64,000 nt of DNA. Origin: Bugula neritina (Eukaryota > Animalia > Bryozoa). The stretch is taken from contig OZ037765.1 in assembly GCA_964035545.1 (NCBI GenBank), positions 25,109,504 to 25,173,503 on the forward strand, read 5' to 3'. Below are positions 54,116-64,000 of this stretch, piece after piece. The notes beneath the pieces were generated by a model. That model searched no databases and was not told the origin of the DNA. It saw only the letters and a list, made by a program, of their open reading frames with translations. Each line of letters begins with the position of its first letter. Position 1 is the stretch's first letter. A program made the position numbers and the translations under genes.

Positions 54116-55603
54116 ATGGATACTTCTGAACACACTTATCACGCAGTTTCGAAAGGCCAAAGAACATCAGGATTACAGTGTTTTGCTTATAATTGCTTCA
54201 ATTACTCAAATTCAGCGCGTTGATAGCAAAGACTGAGAGAGAAACACTTCATTTCACAGGTTGAGGTTAGTTCGAGTAATACTAGTACTTCTACTAATAG
54301 TAATACTAATACTATTATTAATAGTAATACTTACACTAATACTAATAGTTATTAGTAATTGTATCCGTATCAATTATTATGGTAAAGATGGTTTATGAAT
54401 ATATGATAATGACTATACTTTTAGTTTGAGTCATAATGATGATCTAAATCTTAATTTATTGTAATTTAAATTGACTAACTTTTTATAGCTATTACCCATT
54501 TACTTTTGGTCATTTCAATTTGAAGATTTAGCTATAAAACTGAATTACAACTTGAATTAAAGTCTAATTGTAACACTAACGCTATATAAGTATATAATAA
54601 AATATAGCCAAAGGCTTAAGTTTTGTTGACAAATAAATGATCCAAGGCAAAGTAGATCTTACACAAAATTGTACTAGAAGTTGGCTAGTATTAGGATTTA
54701 GCAAAAGCTTTTTTATAAAAACATTATAATGTGCAGCAAAAATCAATAGTTTGTATACTAAATTTACTTAGCTTTAGTTTTAAATATTCATATATTTTTA
54801 TTTTAGATTCCCTAACAAAATAAAAGATTTCAGCATGTGTAAAGAATGGTGGCAAGTGTCCAGGCGCTAAGAAGAACTATCAGAAACTGCAAAACTGTGC
54901 AGTGAACATTTTTATCCTTAGCATATTGACACCACTGGCCAAACTGGAAGGTTGCATGAAGGAGCTGTTCCATTAGCAGAGTTGGTTTATACTCTATCTA
55001 GACTTTTATTAAGTTCTGAACTATAGTGTAAAATTAGCATTCTTTCAAAGTTGTCCAAAAATTATATTTGTTATGCAAGTTACTTTTGAAATTCTTTTTA
55101 GAAACCGGTTACACCACAGAATACGAATGTGAGTAAAAATTCGAGCAATGAAGATCTACCAGTTTTCAACAGTTTTAACAGCCATAATTAATTAGATTTG
55201 AATAATTGTCATGTCATTTTTAAAAGAGAATTAGTATTTTCATTTTGTGCAGCATACAGCATAGCAAGTTGAATGTTTTTGGAGTACACCTGTGTTTTCT
55301 AAAAAGATTAAAAGCTTTTGAATTGTTTTACTGGCTTGATAACTTGAAATTATTAGAATATTATTTTAGGATCATTCTTACAGTGAAGGGGAAGATTGGT
55401 GGATACGATATCTTTGGCATTGAAAAGCATGCTATGGAAACTTCTACTGACATTGAGAACCACCACTCTACGTTACTCAACCTCATTGTTGAAATATATT
55501 AAGATTTATTCTAACACAATTTGTCTAAAATAAAAAACTTGTTTTACATAACGTTAGCTGTCAACAGAGAAATAATAAAAATGTTCTTTTTAAGAGTCAA
55601 TAG
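54116..55603 (+). pseudogene. Decayed spliced THAP-domain P-type (THAP9-like) transposase lacking the catalytic core
   Basis: Exon 54116-54259: CFAYNC...SFHR with a frameshift. Exon 54807-~54980: FP..W..LCSEHF..GAVP with stops at 54868 and 54919. Exon from 55370: DHSY, then ENHHSTLLNLIVEIY*DLF*H...VLFKSQ*, resembling the P-transposase C-terminus. Confidence 0.8.
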
Positions 55604-55636
55604 TCTTGTTATTTCTAGTTTTTATTTATATTACTT

Positions 55637-55910
55637 ATATTATATATCAGGTTTTTAAGTGATATCTATTTGCTTTTGTTGTTTTAAAGTAAAATATTTT
55701 TATAACAACTAGCCTCATTTTTCTATTCTATAGCCAACAATTATTACCAGCAGCTAAATTTAAGTAGATGTTTTATTATATACCAAGTTTTTACTAAATA
55801 TCAACTTGCTTTTGTTGTTTCAAAAAAGAATATTTTTATAACTACCAGCTTTATTTCTTTATGCTATAGCCAACCCTCATTACCAGCAGATAAAAATAGA
55901 GTAGATTTTG
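55637..55910. repeat. Two diverged ~137-bp tandem units inside the P-like element
   Basis: ttgcttttgttgttt...tatttttataac...ctatagccaac...ttaccagcag...gtagat occurs at ~55670 and ~55806. Confidence 0.75.
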
Positions 55911-58358
55911 GAATTATTCACTTGTGTGGTGTGATGCCAAAGGTTTTATAAATACTGCAAAATATAGTAATTTCCATTACTTTTACATTAGAAAGTAGGC
56001 GGTGTCCAAAAATAAGAATTCTCCAATATGGCTGAACTATTTGGACGTTTAAAATCTACATTGGCCATTCCAGGGGGTTATAGTTCAATGATTTTAGCAC
56101 AGTGTTCGAAATAACTGAAAGTGCGACTAATTCCGTATAATTATTAATTACTTTTCAACTTTCATAGCTCTGGAAATTATGTAAAAATCATTCATGATTC
56201 TATATACTCTCACTCTGAGTTTTCAGTAGACATCAATTAAAATAATAGTTTTTTTAATTATCCATGTTTAAAATTCAGTTTCTTCATTTATTGATTTAAC
56301 TTGAGTATGTTAACTGTTGGTGTTAAGCACCATGACTATTCTAAATTCTTATTTCATTTTAACTCATACTGATACTCATACAGTATGACTCATAGTCATA
56401 GTGATAGTCAAACTCAATGTCATAGTGATAATGATAGTGATAGTGATATGCAAAAATTAAAAGTGATAACAATTAGTGTTACAATAGCATTAATGATTAA
56501 CTACTACTACTAGGCCTAGCTATTTAAATGTTAGAAGTAATAATTACTATTACTATTAGTGTGAGTATTACTATTATAGTTATTATTAGTATTAGTCTTA
56601 CTATTACTAATATTATTATTAGTATTATCACTATTACTATTAGTAATACTAATACTAATAGTGATACTCATACTGAAAGGAGTAAGTCCGCACTTATACT
56701 CTTGCTGCTGCTAAGCAGTAAAAATATAGAATCGGAATCAAAGTGGGGTCCGTATTACTATTTATATTGAATTCAGTATAAATATGAATATTCTTATTAA
56801 GTTATTAATATTTGACTTAGTATTGTAACACTAACAGTATTAGTATTTATGTTAACAATTACATAAATTTGAAAATATTAATTAAGTCTTCGCTTTAAAC
56901 TTTAATCGTTATGATTATCATTATGATGATAACCATCATTATCATAAGTTTAATTTGAATTGTTATTATAATTATTAATTTTAAACCAAGGGGTAAACTT
57001 TAAAGTATATTTAGTAGAAATATAACTATAATGTAGAGTGTTAGACTTAGTATTACTATTACAGTATTAGTAGTTGAAGTTACTGGTGCTTGCTGATACT
57101 CATACTGACATTCTCATACTCATAGCCATATTCAAATTGATATTAATATCACTGGCAGTTGACTATTTAGTTTTGATAACTTTCACCGAGTCAATTAATA
57201 TTATTTTTAATAATTTATCAATTTAATTTTTATACTAATCATTATTGAGTTTTAACATTAAATTTAATGTAATTACCTATTAGTAAGTATTATTGACCAA
57301 TAATTTCTTCAAATTCCAGTTCAAAGTTAAATCAACTATCAAGTCATGAATAAGCAAGTGAACGTAAAATTTATGCAGTAGTTATTTTCATAGTAAGTAA
57401 TAATTGTAATGGTCCTTTTGAAAACAAAATTGCAACAGTTGAACAAAATTAAACATGGTACTGGACATTGGTAGCTTTTGTAATAAATTGAAATATCATT
57501 ATCAAAATAATGACATTCTGTAGTTATTAATCATTGTGATACTGAGTGCCTTTCATGGCCATTATAGTTATCATTAGTGACACTAATTCGTTATAACAAA
57601 GATATAATTGTTGCTATAATAATAATTACATGAAATAATATATTGGTGTTAACTTGTAGTTTCCTGTTAAGTTACACCTACTCTACTTTCATGCCCATGA
57701 CTTGGCAGTTTGCTTTGTTGAAGGGTAGCAGATGTGCCGAAAGCAACTTTTATCACAAATTAATTTTTACAATAATCATGGACCTTTGTTTGCATGCTAA
57801 TGTTAATATGCTGGTTTGCAACCTTTTCGGCCATCATTCACATACTGGCTTAAACTTTCTCGTTAATCATTGTTTATTAAAATAGAAACATGCCAGGAAT
57901 ATAAAGTTAGTTTTCAACTGTAAGAGTATGACTTCTGCAGTCATGGTTTTGTTAGGATCGATAATAAGTTAAGTTTCTTGAGATAACATTAACTAATCAA
58001 AAACTTATCAAATGAGCACAGTTAATTATTTGTTTAATTTCATTATCTATTTTTTATAGCTAATGTTTTAGTTAGGCTAAATAAAAATTAACAAGCTCTG
58101 GCAGCTGTCTTTTTTCATGCTAATGAGAAGAGTAATTGCTCATGTTGTTAACATGGAACAGTTTAAGAAAAGCCAAAAAATAGTTGCTTTGTCAACTTCG
58201 ATCTAGTTAATTTACTGTAAAAACCACTAGCTACAGAGCTGCAAAAAAGCTCATATTGTCTTTTTTAAGCCGGCAATGCTTTGCTTAGTTGTGTTATATT
58301 GACCTTGTACACCATCAATCTTGCAGGTTAATCATAAATACATCGAAAACTTGTAATA

Positions 58359-61300
58359 ATGCTTTCATCAAAGTCGCAGGAACCACCTATAAGTCAGGTA
58401 ATTGCATTTTAGTCGATTTCCGTAACGGTTTTCTGATTCCTTGCAATTTTTGTTTGTATACTTGTAAATTAGCTTCTTTTACCACACATTGGAGTTTTAT
58501 AAAATGTAAAGCTAGATTTTTAATACGTAGAAATAAATAATGTCTCTACCCTCACCATTACTATCACATCTAGTTTTAAGGTGTTCTATGGTGCACTTTT
58601 CTTTATGTTGGATTTAAAAACTCTCAAACTCTACAATAATAGCGAAAATCTAGGAGGAAGATCTTAAAATTTCATGTTGTCTATTAGTTCAACAGTCACA
58701 CAATGCCTTGCATATTCTATCTAATCAGCTGTACCTTTATTGGTGGACATTGTGTTGCAAACAGGTGGTAAATGGACCTGACCGTGCTTATTCACCAAAA
58801 CCCAAAGAAAAAAATGTATCCGAAGAAGCTCGTTCACCTCAGCAAAATCAAGCTAAAATTAAATGGCACATACCAGTACCAAAACGTGTTCTACTTACAG
58901 ACACTGGTGACAACTTGAGTTCCGAACTAAGTACTCCAACTAAAGACGGTAAGTTTGCTTTGTTTACAGCATATTTTATTGTTAGTGTTTTCAGAAATTG
59001 CACAATCAGTTATGGATAGTTATAAAGTAAGTTGGTTACAAATATGCGTTGTTTATTTGCACTATCATTAAAATATTTACAGATGTAACCGAATCAGGAG
59101 ATACGTCAAAGCAGGTGAATGTGGAAAACGTGCCAGAATGTACTCCAGGCATGTCAAATTTAGTATCAGATGTAAATGAACATTTGCCACCAAGTGATAC
59201 CTCTGAGACATCATCTGCACCATTGGCTGCTCCACTGGCTGCTTTGCCACCTGCTCCATCAGCCACTCCATCACCTGCTCCATCAGCCACTCCATCACCT
59301 GCTCTATTAGCCACTCCATCACCTACTTTATCAGTTGCTCCATCACCTGCTCCATTGGTTGTTCCATCACCTGCTCTATTGGCCACTCCATCACCTGCTT
59401 TATCGGTTGCTCCATCACCTGCTCTATTGGCCACTCCATCACCTGCTCCATCACCTGCTCTACCAGTTTCTCCATCACCTGCGACATTGGCCGCTCCATC
59501 GACCACCACTTCATTGCCCCTTCCATCATCTGTTCCATTTCCCATTGGAAGTATGAAAGCTGCATCTAAACCTTTATACCAGAGCTCTAGCAGTGACTCA
59601 AGTAGCTCCAGTGACTCATCTGATGACTCTAGCAGTGATGACGAGTCTTCAAACCGCAAATCTGGGAAGTTGATAATCAATTTAGGTGGTATTTCGGTAG
59701 GTATTAGACCTAATCTATTGTTACTTAGCTCATCTCTTTGAATTATGCTCTCAAGATGCTGTTAAGCTCTTTGATTGTAAATTTGATGTTGCTAGGGTAT
59801 TAATGACATCAACTAATATTGAATGATCATGGTTTTAACACTGAAATTATAATATAATATCTGATGACAATGAGGAGTCTGATGTGCTTTGTAAACAGAG
59901 GTTTGAAAAATTATTTGAAATTGATGCCCTTGTTTTGTCTCCACTTGCTCAGTAAATCCGCATAGAAAAAGCTAAAGAATTTGGTTTGCGTTGTGTTTGA
60001 TAGTTTCCAAAGCAACTGATGATGAAATGCAGGGTAAGGTTGGAACGATTACGCTCAGATGAGAGCACCATTGCACTACAGCGAGGTACCTCAACTAGTC
60101 AGCTGTTACCTGGTGGATTTGATGCTGCCAGTCAAAGCTCTTCTCCGTCCTTAAAAGTCAATAAAATCAAAGAAAGTAAAGCTAGACCCTTATCTAAAAT
60201 AAAAAGCATAAAAGCTTCAGCAATGCCACTTGCAAAAGTGGGTTCTGTGACATCTTGTCAACAAAAGAAGCAAATGGCAGATTGGTTGAGCATTTTACGA
60301 AGCTGTAAAAACTGTAAGGTCCTTTTGGTTGATTGCTGGAAAAATAAGGCACTGCCCCCATATATTACATCACCATGCGATGATATTACACATGAGACAG
60401 AATTGATTGAAGCAACAAAAAGGCTGAAGAAAAAGAAGAAAGAAAAGCATAAAGATGAAAAGGTAGCTGTAAATTTTCTCAAAGCGCTATTTTGATGATC
60501 TAAGTTTTGTACTCAGATATTTAATCATGTTAAATCTTATCATTTGTAGCCTGCTAAATATAAGTTAGAACCTGCAGTGGAAAATCCTAGCAAGACAAAA
60601 AATCGAAAACATAAGGTAAAAGGTGATAGAAAAAGGGTCATCATAGCAAATTCTTCAGATGAGGAAGCAGACGATGGCTCAAAACGCAGATTTAGCACAG
60701 ATAGTCGAAGTTCTAGTGAGCTTGAGGCTCAAAGGCAAAATCGTGTAGAGAAGGTGATTGTATATTTTTGAGGATCCAACTCTTGTCTTCATGTTTTCAG
60801 ACAATTCAACTCTCAGTCTTGGAAATATTTTACCCTAATTGCCATTTTTGCAGGTTAAACAGTTGGTAGACAAGAAGGACAACGCTAGAAGTGAATGCAA
60901 GCCTTATAATAGTCCTTGGGGCGAGTCTGTTGCTACAGCTGGAATGCCAAAAATCCCCAAAATTAAAAAAATACAGGTTTGGTTTGATAATTTCAGCACT
61001 GCTTGTTAATAGCATACATGTTTCTAATAATTCGAGTTAATTTTAAAACTTGAGTGTGTTACTCCAACATATTTGAAGAATTTTTATATTCACTGGTAAT
61101 TAATTATTTTCTCTGTAAATTTGGATATTTTATTTAGACTACTCCTGGCTCCTATGTTCCTGCATCCCAACAGCAGCTGCCCAACTTTAATCAGCCGGAC
61201 AATCCTTATAACAGACTTATGAAGCGCGAAGCCAGAAGGAGAGATTTTGAAAAGCAGGCTGCAGAAAAGTATGGCGGCGGTGCTTCTAATATGGCTGTTG

Positions 61301-63821
61301 ATTTCCAAAATATAACTAAAAACCAACAAGTCATGCAACGAAACTCAATTAACAGTTATTCTAAGTTTCAGAATTCTACGGTTAAAAATTCCAATTATCA
61401 GGCCATGCACACTAGTCCACTAAGCCATAATACCAATGTTCCAGGAACTGTACCTTCAAGTGGTAATTTGAATTTAAATCCGAGACAGCAATCACCGGTC
61501 TTCTTACAAAACCGGCATGCGTCCTCAAATATTGGTTCTACAGAAGATCGTTTTCAAGATAAGCAGTCAGCACAGCAGCATATGAACATAATGTACAATA
61601 TTCCAAAACCTCCTATTCCTGGGCAACCTTCTACTACCACTCCTAGGCCAGTTCAACCGCCACCAGCAGATCCTCGAGCTTTACTTCCTTTACCTAGCAC
61701 ATTACCTAATATTCCTTCACCACTCATTCCCGAGGAAAGACCTAAAGCCTTGCTACCTGAACCAACATGTGTAGTGCAAGAGCCTGACTCTAATCTACCG
61801 GATGCAGCATCACTTTTTTCAAATCCTGACTCATTGCTTCCAGACCCCAGTGCTTCCATACCGAGTAGTGGGTTGGGTAAAGCCTTGCTAAATGTTACTA
61901 CCCGATCGTTTTCTAAGCCAAAGGCTTTATTGCCATCTCCTGACTCACTTTTGGCGACCCCATCCGCATTGCTCCCAGATCCCAAGAAAACATTGCTCCC
62001 TAATCCTGATTGTGGTCCAACTGAAGAAGAGCTGGAGAAAACACGTAAGCAACACGAGCTATTCAAGGACATTTTAGATGAGGAAGACTGGAATATAATC
62101 TCCCAGCCTGTAACCACTCTAAAGAGTTCTCCTAAAGAAGCTAAAATCAAAACTGAAAAAGATTACCAAAAAGTGGCAGCTGACAGTACCAGTGGTGGTA
62201 CTTCAGCTGATATAGTTACTCCAAATGGTAAGTTCTGCTGCAGCTCACATAAGGTCTGCGTTTTGTTAAAGCAAACGTCATTGAAACCAGCTGTTACAGA
62301 ACAAACAATTGAGATTTCACTGTTCTGAATACAGACTTTTTTCGGACAATTTTGTATTCAATCGCATCTGTTGAATTGTTTTTGCGGTTAGTTTTCTAAG
62401 ACAGTGTGTTTTTTGCTCTTGAATATATATATATATATATATATATCAAGCGAAATTTACCAATGATGATGTAAAACTGCTTTGTTTTCACATAAACATT
62501 CCTATATAAACAGATTGCATATTTTGCTAAACCTTTTCACAGGTTTTGAAAAGATATTTAATAACATGTAAAGCAAAAGTTACCATGGTACTACCCTGCC
62601 TCTTATGTTGATGTTATTAATTGATCCATAATATTATTTCTTGTGAATTGTGTATCATAGCTGATCATATTTGAATATTTCAGTTTCATGCCATGTTTAT
62701 TATTACTTTGTGTTGTAGATTCAGCCGTCAATCAAGATGTGCTAGAGGAAATATGCCGTCTTTCACTAGAAATCTCAAAGAGAATTGTAGATAAAAGTAG
62801 AGGTGCAAATTTTCCCTGTATTTTCAAATACCAGCTTTATTGAGATTATGTATTAGTGAATAATCTCAAAGCCCTTTGTATGTAAGCTTGTTTTTATTTT
62901 TCACAGAAAAGAGAGATGATCCATCTGTGATACCACTAGATTCAGAGAGACCTTCTGGTAAAATTGTGTTTATTAGCTTCTAACATTGAATGTCGAACTT
63001 TTTTTTGTTTAAAGTTCAATGCTTCTTTATAGCTAGACTGTGTTGAAAGCATTTATATAGTTATTATTTTGCCTGCAATGGGTTCTTAAGTTGAGCCTCC
63101 TTTTGCATGTAGAAAAGTGTGTTCATATGTTTTATATTGTAGAAGAAACCGAAGTGGTGTATGATTATGGACACTCTAGACCTCCTTTACCAGATGAACC
63201 TGCACCATTGCCTAGTTCTCCTGCTCCAAAGACACCAACACCTCCCCCATCTCTCTGTCCTCCACCAATGCCTCCTAAACTAAATCTTCCTATGTCATCC
63301 CAACAGTATTCGGCTGAATCCAGTAAGGAATATTGTAGTTTTACTATACATGATTTAAACTTAGTACAATGTGCTGAATTTATTGTTCAACTGTCTTGTT
63401 GTAGAAGCTAAAGACAATGCGTTGCATCCTGTCTATGGATTTTATTTAAGTATTGAAATGTTCAGTTTATAGTTTTATAAATATTCTAGGCTTTTTATTG
63501 ACTGATCAGCATTGGTGTTTTGTGGAGTTGCTCATACACGTTTTGCAATATTTAGGTTATGACTACCACATAGATAGTTACCCTGCCGGGAATTATCAGG
63601 AAGAGAATTATTCAACGGAAGACTATCAAGATGCACATGAAGAGGACCAAGGTCAAGATCAGCATTGGAACGAGGAGGCCGAAATGTATATGGACCCATT
63701 AGCAAATCAAAGCACATTAACCTATGAGGAGCATTTGCCAGATCGAGCAGCAAATTATTATCAGCCCTCCACTTCTCGGGACTACTATGAACCACCGCGA
63801 GAAGAGTCCTATGAGGATATT
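58359..63821 (+). CDS. Large, largely disordered Pro/Ser-rich probable nuclear protein; 3'-partial
   Basis: Phase-consistent exons 58359-58397, 58765-58948, 59083-59696, 60004-60462, 60550-60753, 60854-60976, 61138-62227, 62719-62802, 62907-62957, 63143-63322, 63556-63821. Basic NLS-like KKKKKEK, Ser/Asp run, LLPxP repeats. No globular domain recognised within the window. Confidence 0.75.
59245..59490 (+). repeat. Coding minisatellite (24-30 bp units, PSPA[L/P]xxx) in exon 3 of the last gene
   Basis: Repeated ccatcacctgct cores; explains the overlapping antisense and alternate-frame ORFs in the track. Confidence 0.85.
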
Positions 63822-64000
63822 GTGAGTATTTACTGTCACAGGAACTTATTGCTTGGTTGTTTTATGTTAATAACTTTCCCAGCTATGAATTTTGATTTTT
63901 TGTTCAGTTTGAGCCTATGTAGTTCTAACATGAATAAGTTAAAATTAAATTTTGCTGCATATGATATTTTATCTACATTTAAAGGAAACAATGGTGAATG

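Larger units (their letters stand above)
53861..56090 (+). mobile_element. Non-autonomous, internally deleted P-superfamily DNA transposon (2230 bp)
   Basis: Exact 8-bp TSD attttagc (53853-53860 and 56091-56098), CA...TG termini, imperfect ~90-bp inverted termini sharing the blocks aactataacc(cc)ctggaa, cgtccaaa and cagccatattgg. Contains THAP-transposase relics. Confidence 0.88.

Noticed and set aside
54807-54980. Stop-codon readthrough or a variant genetic code in the THAP exon
   Set aside because: The stops are of different types and come with frameshifts, and all host genes read normally in the standard code, so this is decay.
59036-59680. 214-aa GDGA-repeat antisense ORF and MEQVME / LLHHLL alternate-frame ORFs
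   Set aside because: Shadows of the coding minisatellite; only the plus-strand PSPA frame joins neighbouring exons in phase.
61653-62150. 165-aa antisense ORF
   Set aside because: Shadow of a Pro/Ser/Leu-rich exon with no independent gene signals.

Overview
Gene-dense, AT-rich, intron-rich eukaryotic DNA from a compact invertebrate-type animal genome (species not determinable). No prokaryotic features, CRISPR arrays, rRNA or intact tRNA genes were seen. Exons were assembled by hand from splice signals and phase continuity. Genes in order: SIK-family kinase (+, 5' end outside the window), peroxisomal acyl-CoA oxidase ACOX1 (+, ends in PTS1 AKL), IMMP2L (-, start unresolved), synaptojanin (-, 26 exons plus a candidate stop-codon microexon), DHX35 (+, head-to-head with synaptojanin), a candidate 86-aa single-pass membrane microprotein nested antisense in a DHX35 intron, an LRR protein (-), and a large low-complexity Pro/Ser-rich probable nuclear protein (+, runs off the 3' end). 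Mobile DNA: a 2230-bp internally deleted P-superfamily (THAP transposase) element with an exact 8-bp TSD, a 37-bp apparent excision footprint of the same family, a hAT-type MITE, tRNA-SINE copies and a LINE relic. Best leads: (1) a stop-carrying 21-nt synaptojanin microexon resembling the vertebrate SJ145/SJ170 switch; (2) the P element plus its footprint; (3) the nested ITIM-like microprotein; (4) degenerate 3/6-bp periodic tracts clustered at inferred gene 5' ends, including inside the transposon. Family calls rest on recalled motifs, not database searches.
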